From NCBI RefSeq assembly GCF_006345805.1, contig NC_043011.1:29958464-30022463 (forward strand): DNA of 64,000 nt, written 5' to 3'. The stretch is from Octopus sinensis (lineage: Eukaryota). Position 1 is the first letter of the stretch; each line of letters begins with the position of its first letter. Under the pieces are notes generated by a model. The model searched no databases. It was not told where the DNA came from and worked only from the letters and a program-made list of their open reading frames with translations. A program made the position numbers and the translations under genes. Below are positions 1 through 12,423 of the stretch, piece after piece.

Positions 1-160
1 AAATAACAGCCAAACGTCCCTCAAATCATATCTGGTTGTCATAAAATAAAAATTAAAATATATGCCTATAAGGACAATCTGATCATTAACCTTGCTAGAA
101 ATAACAGCCAAACGTCCCTCAAATCATATCTGGCTGTCATAAAATAAAAATAAAAATATA
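1..160. repeat. ~98-bp-period direct duplication
   Basis: aaataacagccaaacgtccctcaaatcatatctgg..gtcataaaataaaaa occurs at 1 and again at ~99. Confidence 0.85.
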
Positions 161-799
161 CAGGATAATATAATTCTTGAATCATTATACCAGAAAGTAG
201 AATGGGGTGGTCACAGTTGGAACACTTTTGCTCATAGTTTTCCTTGAATTTGATCAGAGCTGAACTGAAACTAAACCACAGCTGCAACATCATCATCATC
301 GACGATGCCAATAGCAACCACAACACCAACGATGCTGACACCACCACCACTGCTGCCACCACCATCAATGCCGACAATGATGATGATGACTGATTAATCA
401 AAGTAGCCTTTTGCCACATTATTATATAAGACACACAATGATAAAAGAACAAAACATGCGAAGCTATCCTCCGACACGTTACACAGTTGTATCTAGTTTG
501 AGACATAGAGGAAGTCCATCCACACTTCACTGGGAATCGATTATAATTCAACAACGCTCCACTACACAACCAGTAGGTGTGAAGTTTCAGCAATGATTAT
601 CTATGTTAATAATAAACTAGAATTCAATCTCAATTAAAAAATTCGTCCAATGTGTTAATAATTCTACCAGCTCATCTCCATGAACCTTAATATTTATAAT
701 GGTCTCAAATTTTGGCAGAAAGCTAAGCATTTCGTCCACTAAGCATTTCATCCAGCACACTAATGATTCTGCCAGCTTGCCACCTTCATAATAATAATC

Positions 800-835
<36 letters not shown>

Positions 836-1084
836 GTCCTTTCTACTGGAGGCACAAAGCCTGAAATTTTGGGGAAAGGGTTAAGTTGATTGCATTGACT
901 CCAGTACACAACTGGTACTTAATTTATTGACCCCGAAAGGATGAAAGGCATAGGTGACCTTGGCAGAATTTGAACTCAGAATTGTAGCGACAGATGAAAT
1001 ACTGCTAAGCATTTCGCCCTGAGTGCTAACAATTCTGCCAGCTCACTGCCTTCAATAATAATAATAGTAATAATAATAATTATT

Positions 1085-1440
1085 ATGTGGCATCTCAAGG
1101 CGGTTACAATACCAGTGATCGTAGGAGCACTAGGAATGATCAAGAAGGGAACCGAAAATTATATGAGAATGATCCCTGGCTTACCATCCCTGCAAGAAGT
1201 GCAAAAGATTGTCTTAACTGGTACATCACACGTATTGAGAAGAGCATTGTTGATGTGAGAAATGTTGCTGCTCATGTATTTTAATTTAACTTTAAAAAAA
1301 AAAAGAAAAAAAAAATGAACGAACTACTGAGTTTGGTTTAATGGCCTACCAATGTATACTATGAGTTTCTTTGCCCTAGGAGTCGGGAAGACACTCGGCA
1401 AGAAATGATAGCAAATTTGAAAGAAGAAGAAAAAAAAATA
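1085..1440 (+). mobile_element. RLE-type LINE 3' end (Dong/R4-like)
   Basis: 1085-1258 translates MWHLKAVTIPVIVGALGMIKKGTENYMRMIPGLPSLQEVQKIVLTGTSHVLRRALLM*, typical of an RLE C-terminus. (AAT)n lies on both sides. Confidence 0.8.
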
Positions 1441-1645
1441 ATAATTATAATAATAATAATAATAATAAAAACCCTTTCTACTATAGGCACAAGGCTCGAA
1501 ATTGTGGGGGAGGGGGCAAGTCGATTACATTGACCCCAGTGTGCCACTGGAACTTAACTTGTCGATTCTGAAAGGATGAAAGGTGGAATTTGGACTCAGA
1601 ACATAGCCACAGATGAAATACTGCTAAACATTTCGTCCAGCATGC

Positions 1646-1680
<35 letters not shown>

Positions 1681-1682
<2 letters not shown>

Positions 1683-2236
1683 TGCCCTGAAGCAGTACCA
1701 GGCAGTGGCTCTCGTGGCTTCTGATCTTAACTGATTGAAAGTGTTATCTTGTACATCGTTTTGTCTTGGTATAAAAGATGGGCTACAGCAAATATTCTGC
1801 TCAATACCACAGATTTTCTTGTTAGTTGTTTGACTTAACCAGTTGAGCATGTCTCTTAGTGGCTGACGATATGTGCATCTCTGATCATGAGCAGAAGTAG
1901 TGGGAGAGCATCATAGCCATGTGTTGAGAGGAATTCTTTGGGGTTTGAATAATTCACCTCTGGAAACATGGGTAGTTCATTCAACATCCTTAAACAACCC
2001 TTATTCAGTGATCTTTTGAGCGGGATGGGTTACTCGACCAGAAGAAAATTCTACCTGGGCCCCACCTGCAAGGTCATGTGGTGTTTATCTTGATATGAGA
2101 CCACCATGTTGCACACATATGGTTGTGATGCAAGTGCCTGGTGTACCCTTATCAGGCGGGTAGTCATGATGGGTATACTGGGCTTTGTATATTTTACCCC
2201 AGTGTCACTTTGATGGCATGCACTGCTCTCTCACTC
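1681..2236 (+). mobile_element. ~555-bp non-coding interspersed element in (AAT)n, copy 1
   Basis: Closely similar to 8961-9518 over its full length; both copies start and end at (AAT)n. Confidence 0.8.
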
Positions 2237-2714
2237 AATAATAATAATTATTATAACAATACCAACAACAGCTGATTCAAATAAAAGCAAAAAAAGGTTT
2301 TATATTTTGGTTAGGAAAAAGACAGTGATGTAAATCAATCTCAGTACATGACTGGTACTTTAATGTTATCAACCCCTGGATGTAGTTGAACTCAGAATGT
2401 AAAGTACTGAAATAATTACAAGGCATCGTATCCAACCCTTTTTATGATTCTGCCAATCTATATGCTGGAGATTGGCAAGGGTCATTAAAGCATTAGGCTT
2501 GTGGTATTTTATCATAGCTCTTTAGCCTTTGTGTACTGATTTCAAATCTTGCCACGTTTAACTTTATTTAACATGAAATATGAGACAAGTTTGAAGCATA
2601 GTGGTGAGCACATTTTTCTTGGCTCGATCCCACAGTGTAGCACTTTAGGCAAGTGTCTTCTACCAGTGGACTGATGTATACCTTGTGATTGGATGGAAAC
2701 TGTATGGAAACCCT

Positions 2715-3237
2715 GGTGGAATTCTGGTTTAAGTAGCCCATGTAACCTCTCGTAACTTTTTTTTATTTTTTGGAATTTTCAAAAAATTTTTGCAAATTTG
2801 TGTTCTACACACAGAATTCATACAGTTAAGAAAAGAAAAAGTGTGTATGATTTAAGGACGATTTAGTTGTTATTTTTAGCACATCCCACGACCACCTGAT
2901 AATTTCCATTTCTTTGTCACTCAGACATGTATTGATATTTTTCTATATGTTTCTCCCTATAAATACATTTAATGGAATGATGATGCACTCAAGAATGGCC
3001 TAATTCTGGGATTTAAGCAAAAATTTTGGATTGTCTATATCTTAAAAATAAAATTGAAAAAGACTAGAAGTTTTAGGATTTAGGGGAAGGAATAAAAAAA
3101 TTCTTTTTAATTATTTTTTTTACATAATCATATGAATTCCTTTGTGCAGAAACCAAATTTGCAAAAATTTTCTGGAAAAACCAAATTTAAAAAAAGTTAT
3201 GCAGGATTATATGGGGTGTTTAAACCAAAATTCTGCC
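2715..3237. mobile_element. Old MITE with ~110-bp degenerate TIRs
   Basis: 2715-2822 is an imperfect reverse complement of 3130-3237 (shared aaaatttttgcaaatttg..gaattcata). Confidence 0.6.
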
Positions 3238-4238
3238 AAAACCCTCATACCTGTTTATTGTGCGTTTGTGATATTTTTCGGCAATGTAAATAGTAAAAAA
3301 GGTGAAAACATTACATTAGCAAGAAAATTGAAAACAAGATGCTTTTCAAATGAAGACACTTCCCTGTTGAACTTATTATCAGAAAAGCAGTAGAGTGGAC
3401 CACTGATTGGGCCATTGGCTACCTGTGACTATAATGAATAATGTTATGGTTAACCAATGTTGCAATATAAGATAAACTGCCAAAGAATTGATGGAGACTG
3501 ATTTAATATTCCTAAAACACTTTCTAGATGTTAATGGAATTATCAGAATATTATAGAGTGCTAAAATGAAGTGGGGTTACAGAACTACTTCTGTCTGCTA
3601 AATTTACTTGCAAAGATTTGGTTTGCATGAGGCTGTAGCTGAAGACATTTGCTCAAGATGCTAAAGAGTAAGACTGAACCTGAAACCACATGGTTCACAC
3701 AGCCATACAGAAAACGGCTGCAACATTTCTGATAATAAGGTTTATTGGCTTGGAGTTAAACAACAACAGCTGTCTTAACAAGAATAAACAAAGAGTATGA
3801 GGATTGGAGGAGGAGGAGGAGGAGGAGGAAGGGAATTGGGGCAGGGAGGAGGCGGGGAGGAGGGGAAGAAGAACAAGAAAATAATGATAATGATGATGAT
3901 GATGATGATGATAAGAAGAAGAAGAAGAAGAAGAAGAAGAAACAGGTTATATTAGTTTTGCATGGTTGCTGGCTAGTTGTAGCGAGACCCCCTACCACAC
4001 TGCACATGTACCATGCACACACAGTTTTGTTACGGTACTAAGAACTACTACTATAATGAGCTAGCATGTGATTAATCTGAAAAATCAATTACTATTAATG
4101 ATTGTCATTATTGATTCTGTAGACCCTTAAAGGCTAAGGAACATATTGAACAATACCAACTTCACGTGGGCTCCAAACGACTACAATGTCACAGCACTAC
4201 TGCTGAGGATGATAATAAAAATAATAATAATAATAATA

Positions 4239-4270
<32 letters not shown>

Positions 4271-4290
4271 TTAATAATAATAATAATAAT

Positions 4291-4790
4291 AATGTGGTAT
4301 GAACATGAACCTGAAGGCATCATCGTAAATGATAATGCAAAGATCTTATGGGATTTTATGATTCAGCATGACCATGAGATAGAGAATTGGAAACCAGACA
4401 TAGTGTTAATTGTGTAAGAAAGGAAATGATGCTGGATCAGATATAGCATGCCCAGCTGACAACAAGGTATGTGATAAGGAAGAAAGAAATGTCAATAGAT
4501 ATGACAGGTTAGCTTGGCGGGTTAGGCAGTTGTTGTCGATGAAAAAGGTGGTAGTAGTACCAATAATTGTCAGAGCCCTGGGAACAGCGAGTAAAAATCT
4601 TGAGGAGTACATCGAACAAATAGGGGCTGCAATAAGGGTGGAGCACTTGCAGAAAACAGCACTACTTGGAACCACTCAAATACTCTGAATGGTGCTCGAA
4701 AAATAAGGGATGTTACCTTAGTTCATGGGTAGTGAACAGCTGACACTGTAGTATATCTCCAGCGTTAGAAGCTGTGCAAAGACAATAAAA
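4291..4790 (+). mobile_element. RLE-type LINE 3' end (Dong/R4-like), frameshifted
   Basis: Translates WYEHEPEG..NDNAKILWDFMIQ..KPDIVL, then DIACPADNKV..VVVVPIIVRALGT..LQKTALLGT (PD-(D/E)xK region). Flanked by (AAT)n. Confidence 0.9.
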
Positions 4791-4813
4791 TAATAATAAT
4801 AGTAATAATAATA

Positions 4814-4853
<40 letters not shown>

Positions 4854-4963
4854 TATACGTAGTAACAATAATGATAATAATGCGTCATCTTGATAATTGC
4901 CTTCAGGAAAAACTGATCCGAAACAAGCCCATTTTATATGCATTATATATGCATAAGAAGGCG

Positions 4964-5357
4964 GCAAGCTGGCAGAGATGTTAGCATGCCAGACGAAATG
5001 CCTAGCGGTATTTTGTCTGCCACTACGTTCTGTGTTCAAATTCCGTCGAGGTCAACTTTGCCTTTCATCTTTTTGGGGTCGATTAAATAAGTACCAGTTA
5101 CGCACTGGGGTCGATATAATCGACTTAATCCATTTGTCTGTCCTTGTTTGTCCCCTCTGTGTGTAGCCCCTTGTGGGCAGTAAAGAAGTAGGTATTTCGT
5201 CTGTCTTTACATTCTGAGTTCAGATTCCGCTGAGGTCAACTTTGCCTTTCATACTTTCGGGGGCAATAAATTAAGTACCAGTTGCATGCTAGGGGCGATC
5301 TGATCGACTGGCCCCCTCTCCAAAAAATTTCAGGCCTTGTGCCTATAGTAGAAAAGA
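4964..5357 (+). mobile_element. tRNA-derived SINE family A (representative copy)
   Basis: Head ggcggcaagctggcaga, B-box gagttcaaattcc-like motif and central gcctttcatc..ggggtcgat..aagtaccag (Deu/Nin-like domain). Other copies lie at ~836-1052, 1471-1645, 8680-8850, 21190-21405, 35595-36040, 37790-38010, 40020-40680, 41760-42205 and 47200-47670. Confidence 0.85.
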
Positions 5358-5646
5358 ATATATATGTGTATGTGTGTGAGGGTACATGGCTTAGTGGTGA
5401 GGGTGTTGCACTCGTGATTGCAAGATCACGATTTCAATTCCTGGACCTGGTGGTGTGTTGTTTCCTTGAGCAAAACACTTCCACTCACATTGCTCTGTGA
5501 TTGTTTTAACACCTGATGTGTGGAACACCGTGCACCTGTTTAGGCAACATCAATTTAATGGAAGGAGGGAGCTAAACTACAGCACAAACGTTTGATCACT
5601 ATAAACAAATTGCAGAGCAGTCTTTCTCAGACTACAGAGAGACTAC

Positions 5647-5880
5647 CAGCGTGGAAGGTGTTTATGATCCATTTAAGAAACACACAAAAACCCTTAGATT
5701 CACTTCAACATTGAAATTTAATTTGCCAAAATATTTTCGTCGCTTTGAGACCACAACGTCAGTGAACAGGTCGCGGTCTCAAAGTGACGAAAATATTTTG
5801 GCAAATTAAATTTAAATGTTGAAGTGAATCTAACAGTTTTTGTGTGTTTCTTAAATGGCTTATAAACACCTTCCATGCTG
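5647..5880. mobile_element. Foldback MITE with ~105-bp arms
   Basis: 5647-5752 is the reverse complement of 5775-5880, with a ~22-nt spacer. Confidence 0.85.
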
Positions 5881-6038
5881 CAATTGTTTACGTTCCAGCA
5901 CATGATCTCAGATCAGGTCACTTGCTATGCAAGTACATCTCCGTAAAAAAAGAGACTACCATTATGTATATATGTATGTACGTATATGTGTGCTTGTTTG
6001 AATGAGACTATACTTCATATCAGTAAGTTTATCCTCTG

Positions 6039-6316
6039 CAGTGGTTCCTGGACATTTTCAGCCGCTGCTCCCTTGGCACCCTAGTGCCCCCTCCCCCACT
6101 CCCACCACTAACATAGACCACTTTCTGCAACAAATTAAAACAACTGTCTTTTACAAATAAAAACTTAACCTGATTACCTCATAATTTTGGGGTTTTTATA
6201 TCCTCCGTCCCCTTTTGGATATCCCATTAACACCCCACTTTCCTTCAACGCCTCCCTGAATCTTTCTACTGCAGCCAGTAGAAAGATTTCAACACCACCC
6301 ACTTTGGGAACCACTG
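6039..6316. mobile_element. hAT-like MITE relic
   Basis: Ends are CAGTGGTTCC and GGAACCACTG; there is no clean 8-bp TSD. Confidence 0.4.
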
Positions 6317-7537
6317 ATATATTGGATGTTAGCAATGGCTTTACTAATAATGTCATTTGCTGATAGACCACCATGAAAGCACATTTAAGCTTTTTTTGAC
6401 GTGTCTAGATGTCGTGGGATCTTTGTAAACAGATGGACCAAGCAAACAGTAGTGTCGTTTATTTCCAGCTTTCAACATAGACATGTCCAGAGATGTTTTA
6501 TGCTCAACAGAGCTGGGAATTTATTACCTCTCAGGTGGAGTTTTGCAGCAGGAAAAGCATCCAGCTGTGGAAAGTTCTTCCTTCAAATACCCTCATTTGA
6601 GCATGAAATAAATGTTAAAACGATGATGATGATGATGATGAGGAGGAGAAGGAGGATGGCAATGTTGATGATAATGGCCATGATAATGATGATGATAATG
6701 CTAATGATGATGATGATAACATGTTTCTTTATTAGCCACTCAGGGCTGCACACAGACAGGAGAGATTACAAAGTAGAGCTTTTCTTTTTGGGGAGAGAAA
6801 AAAAAAAGTGGGGTAGGTTTTCGATCAAAAGGGATTGTAAAAGGGAAAGAAAAAAAAATGGAAAGAAGAAAAAGCGATCAATAGGGATCATGTATCACAG
6901 AAATGTCATGATGTAAAGTGTAAAGGAGGAAGCAGACAAGGTTTATCCGTGGAAAGAAAAGCCTACGGAAAAGACCACGGTAACCTCGGTCAATAATGTT
7001 ACATGTTACCACATTTGTTTGCAAGTAGGTAACCCGCTGTTTAAAATTTTTCTGGGTTCATAGGATTATGCTCAAGATGGCTTCGTCATTCATACATGCC
7101 ATCCTTGCTACGATGATGACCATGATGATGATGATAATGATGGTAGTGATGATGATGATGGCAATGGTGATGTTGATGGCAATGATGATGATGGCAATGG
7201 TGATGATAACAACAACAGGATAAGAAACAACATGTATTTTGACAGTCTACTTTAAATGTATCAATAAATTACATCATACGCCTGGTGAAATGGTAAATGT
7301 TTACAATGACATTACATATCAGTGATAGTAAACAACACAATCCAGAAGAGTTCTTTACATTCTTCTAATTATCTTCAAAAACAAAAACAATAACAAAAAG
7401 ATGAAAACGTAAAAAATGGAAATTGATTGCATATACCAAATATTTGTACAATAATGTACAAATAATTTAATACATTAAAGTATAGAATAATATAGACACA
7501 AGTGCCACTAAATTCAGTAGAAAAACACAACAAAGAA

Positions 7538-7544
7538 TATATAT

Positions 7545-7628
<84 letters not shown>

Positions 7629-7649
7629 ATATATATATATATATTATAT

Positions 7650-7700
<51 letters not shown>

Positions 7701-7717
7701 ATATATATATATATATA

Positions 7718-7756
<39 letters not shown>

Positions 7757-7870
7757 CATACATACATATATTACATATATATATATATATATATACACAT
7801 ACATACATATATACATATATTACGTATATATATATATATATACACATACATACATATATTACATATATAT

Positions 7871-7918
<48 letters not shown>

Positions 7919-7960
7919 CATACATATATATATTACACACACATACATATATATATGTAT
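7538..7960. repeat. Compound (TA)n/(TG)n/(CATA)n microsatellite
   Basis: Read directly from the sequence. Confidence 0.95.
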
Positions 7961-8915
7961 GTATTATGTATGTATGTGTGTGGTATGTATGAAGTATATG
8001 ATCTCTGGTTATAGACTAGATAAACACATTTACAACTATAAAACAATTTGCCAGACAGAATATAACAAGCATTATACTCAATTATAATAAACTACCATTA
8101 ATAATATATATTACGAAAAAATACACGGAAATTAATAAAAACCTTCTTATCGACAACAAAAAGATGCCTGCAAACCACTGAATATACTTTCAATGACCAA
8201 TGTAAATTAGAAATATATCTCTTCATTGTTACATAGCCTGCTAGAAATAACAGCTAAGTTCCATTCATTTTACTGTCTCAGAAAAAAAATTGAAGAATAT
8301 TTTAGATAATGTGTTTGCACATGGGTCCTAAAAATACAGTTGAGAAGCCTTTTCATTAATCTCATCTTGTTCAACTTCTCACCATCTGGTACAAAGCCAT
8401 CTCTCTCAATATTACTCCCACCTTAAATGAGAGAGTCTTGTTTTGCAAGATATTTAGTGACCTCACTGGTGTTGGTGCCATGTAAAAAGCAGCCAATGCT
8501 CTTTGTAAAATGTTTGGTATTAGGAAGGATATCCAAGCATAGAAATCATACCAAAACAGATAGTGGAGATTGGGGCAATCTTCTGGTTCACCAGTTCCTG
8601 TCAAACTGTAAAGCTTATGTCAGCATGGAAAACGGATATTTATTTTAAACTTTGGTTCTAGGTCAGAAACTTTGGCAGGACATGGTAAGTCCATTACATC
8701 GACCACAGTGCTCAACTGTAACTTATTTTATTGACCCTGAAAGGATGAAAGGCAAAGTTGACCCCAGCGGAATTTGAATTCAGACTGTAAAGATGGATGA
8801 AAAACCACTAAGCAATTTACCCTGCATGCCAACAGTTAAACAAGCTTGCCACTTTAATAATAATAATAATAATAATGATGATAATAATAATAATAACAAT
8901 AATAATAATAATAAC

Positions 8916-8960
<45 letters not shown>

Positions 8961-8961
<1 letters not shown>

Positions 8962-9518
8962 GCCCTGATGCAGTACCAGACAGTGGCCCTCGTGGCTTCT
9001 GATCTTAACTGATTGGAAGTGTTATCATGTACATTGTTTTGTCTTGGTATAAAAGATGGGCTACAGCAAATATTCTGCTCAATACCACAGATTTGCTTGT
9101 CAGCTGTTTGACCTTAACCAGTTGACCATGGCCCTTAATGGCTGAACAATATATGTGTATCTCTGATCACAAGCAGAAGTAGTGGGGGAGCATCAAAGCT
9201 ATGTGTTGAAAGGAATTCTTAGAGGTTTGGATAATTCACCTCTGGAAACATAGGTGGTTCGTTCAACATCCTTAAACAACCCTTATTCAGGGACCTTTTG
9301 AGCAGGATGGGTTACTTGACCAGAAGAAAATTCTAACTGGGTCCCACCCACAAGGTCATGTGGTGTTTATCTTGATATTAGATCACCATGTCGTGCACAC
9401 ATGGTTGTGATGCATGTGACTGGTGTACCCTTATCAGACAGGTAGTCATGATGGGTATACTGTGCTTCGTATATTTTACCCCAGTGACATTTTGATGGCA
9501 TGCACTGCCCTCCCACTC
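8961..9518 (+). mobile_element. ~555-bp non-coding interspersed element in (AAT)n, copy 2
   Basis: Same boundaries and sequence as 1681-2236. Confidence 0.8.
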
Positions 9519-9555
9519 AACAACAACAACAACAATAATAATAATAATAATAATG

Positions 9556-9609
<54 letters not shown>

Positions 9610-9929
9610 GTTTCAAATTTTGACACATGGGCAGCTTTTTGGAGGAGAGGATGAGTTGATTTCATCAAACCCAGTATTCAACTGGTACTTAATTTATCGA
9701 CCCCAAAAGAATGAAAGGCAAAGTCAACCTCGGAAGAATTTGAACTCAGAATGTAGTGGCAGATGAAATACTGCTAAGCATTTGGCCCAGCATTCTAATG
9801 ATTCTACCAGCTGCCACCTTTGATGATGATAATAATAGTAATAATAATAATGGTTTCAAATTTGTGCACAATGGCAGCACTTTTGGGAGAAGGGGTAAGT
9901 CAATAACACCAGTCCCAGTGCTCAACTGT

Positions 9930-10232
9930 GGAGGCACATGGCCTAGTGGTTAGAGCAGCGGACTCGCGGTTGAGGGATCGCAGGTTCGAATCTCAGACCG
10001 AGCAATGTGTGTGTTTATGAGCAAAATGCCTAAACTCCACGTGGCTCCAGCAGAAGGTAATGGTGAACTTCTGCTGACTCTTTTGCCCCAACTTTCTCTC
10101 ACTCTTTCCTCCTGCATCTTGCGGCTCACCTGCGATAGACCGGCGTCCCGTCCAAGTGGGGAACCTATATGCCAAAGAAACCGGGATTCAGCCCTTATGA
10201 GCCAGGCATGGCCCGAGAAGGAACAAACATAT
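9930..10232 (+). mobile_element. tRNA-derived SINE family C (representative copy)
   Basis: A box tggcctagtggttaga and B box ggttcgaatctc. Other copies lie at ~25617-25860, 43425-43665, 59275-59550, 60287-60590 and 62385-62686 (-). Confidence 0.85.
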
Positions 10233-11112
10233 AACAACAGTGTTCAACTGGTACTTATTTTACTGACCCTGAAAGGGTAAAACGTAAAGTCTTTGGTAGA
10301 ATTTGAACTCAGGATGTAAAGACGAATGAAACCTCACTAAGCATTTTTCCCTGCATGCTAACAATTCTGCCAAATATTAAATGATAAGGAGGAGGAGGAT
10401 AAGTCAAGGGGGAAGGCCATGCCTAAAACCTTCTAAGACTTGTAGGAGGTAAGTAAAGAAGGGAGGGTGTCGTCTCCATACTAAATTTCAAATACTGACT
10501 TGCAAATGACTTTTTGGACTCTGCTGGAAGCAACCATGATATCAAATAGAAGTGATGGTATTAAACCAGGTGTTGGATCAAGTCTTCACCTAAGAAGGCC
10601 TCAACAGGATTTGAACTCATAATATAAAGGTGTGGAACAAATATCGCAAGGCATCCAATCTAACATTCTTATAATTTCACCAATCCATCATTCTGGAAAG
10701 GGAATGGCTAAAATGACTTCAATGGAATTTGAACTCAAAGCACAAAGTCAAAACATTAACTGTGAAGTATTCTGTCTAACAGGCTTAGGACACTGCCAAT
10801 TCCATTTTGATGACTGGTTAGCTTATTCAGAGTTAACCTCGGTTAATTTAGGGTTTACTTGCATTAATTCAAGGTTAATCTGGGCTAAGAAACAGCAAAA
10901 ACAAAAAGTCTAACACTGACATAGAAGTTGTAAAGTACAAAATTGACTTTTTGCATTAGTTGGCCAAGAGAATAGCTTCTACTGAGCCCAATATTTTTTT
11001 TGTAGTGCACCTGAGCACTCTAAAATATAAGCTAATTACATATACACATATACATACATTCCCCCTCAAACACACAAATATATCTATACAGACACACGCA
11101 CACAGACATAGA

Positions 11113-11150
<38 letters not shown>

Positions 11151-11282
11151 TGTGTGTGTGTGTGAAAAAGAAGAATGAAAATGCTACTTTTTAAAATTAG
11201 GTACATTTAAATTTCTTTATATAAACACATTAAAAAATTTTTTTTGTTATACATTTCTCAGTTGTTACCGCTACATTTTTAA

Positions 11283-11342
<60 letters not shown>

Positions 11343-11788
11343 CATATATATATATATATATATACATACATATATATATATATGTTTATATATATGGAGT
11401 ACTGACAATTCAACACCTGACGATTCAGCACTGACAATTAAACATTGACGACTCAGTGCTAGATAAGTCAGCGCATAGACAATTCAGTGCATGTGATATT
11501 TGTAATTCATTATTACATTATATTGGTGTTGGTTGTATATCTAAAACACATGCAACCTACAAACACAGCAGTCATGGAATAGATTAACAATACACAAACT
11601 GAAAGCATACATATACATGAAACAAATGCCAGCAAAAAAAACTTAGACATATATACACACACCCATACGAAATAACTTTTACCTAAGTTCAGTAAGATGC
11701 TCTGCACTGAATTTTCAGGTGCAAAATTGTCATGTTATGATATATATACACACATGCATACGTATATATAAACACATGCGCACATGAG

Positions 11789-11841
<53 letters not shown>

Positions 11842-11987
11842 TTATATATAATATATATATATATATAATATATATATATATATATTATATATATATATGT
11901 ATAAGGGTGAAAAGGAACACACGAGTTGATATATATGAAAAAAGAGGTCAAATAGAAAATGCTAAAATAATTTTATAAAGAACATTT

Positions 11988-12025
11988 CAGTACCGGTTTC
12001 GGTCATTTTGAGACCTTTTCAACTG
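11988..12025 (-). ncRNA. Hammerhead-like motif with U3:A8 core variant (left arm of palindrome)
   Basis: Exact reverse complement of 12301-12338. Confidence 0.6.
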
Positions 12026-12300
12026 TAACGATTAAATAATTAAATTTGGAAAAATTAAAGAAAGTATTTTAAAAGAATATTTGTATAGTGTTCAAATATA
12101 AGTGGCATTCTGCCTTTCTCTGTCTCCCTTGTTTGCACTTGTGTGTTCGAGGCCGTTGTGTCGACAACGGCCTCGAACACACAAGTGCAAACAAGGGAGA
12201 CAGAGAAAGGCAGAATGCCACTTATATTTGAACACTATACAAATATTCTTTTAAAAAAACTTTTCTTTTAATTTTTCCAAATTTAATTATTTAATCGTTA

Positions 12301-12338
12301 CAGTTGAAAAGGTCTCAAAATGACCGAAACCGGTACTG
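12301..12338 (+). ncRNA. Hammerhead-like motif with U3:A8 core variant (right arm of palindrome)
   Basis: Reads CAG-TTGAAAA-GGTC-tcaaaat-GACC-GAA-ACCGGT-A-CTG. Helix I is CAG/CTG, helix II is 4 bp, helix III is the loopless palindrome ACCGGT, and the triplet is GUA. Confidence 0.6.
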
Positions 12339-12423
12339 AAATGTTCTTTATAAAATTATTTTAGCATTTTCTATTTTGACTTGTTTTTTCATATATATAT
12401 ATATATATACACACACATACATA

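Larger units (their letters stand above)
11930..12395. mobile_element. ~465-bp near-perfect palindrome, probably inverted Penelope-like terminal repeats
   Basis: Arms of ~230 bp are reverse complements around a ~4-nt centre at ~12160 (ccgttgt-gtcg-acaacgg). There are only a few indels, the flanks are (AT)n, and each arm carries a hammerhead-like motif. Confidence 0.65.

Noticed and set aside
66-593. 175-aa minus-strand ORF
   Set aside because: A large part is low-complexity triplet repeat; no domain or splice support was seen.
6174-6374. Protein-like ORF with a donor-like end
   Set aside because: It spans the CAGTGGTTCC terminus of a hAT-like repeat and has no convincing acceptor.
7375-7992. 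Many 60-170 aa ORFs rich in YI, VC, N, I, L or M across the window
   Set aside because: They are translations of (TA)n, (CA)n, (AAT)n and (GAT)n microsatellites.
9936-10000. tRNA-like sequences with A/B boxes
   Set aside because: These are SINE heads continuing into shared SINE bodies; there is no complete cloverleaf.
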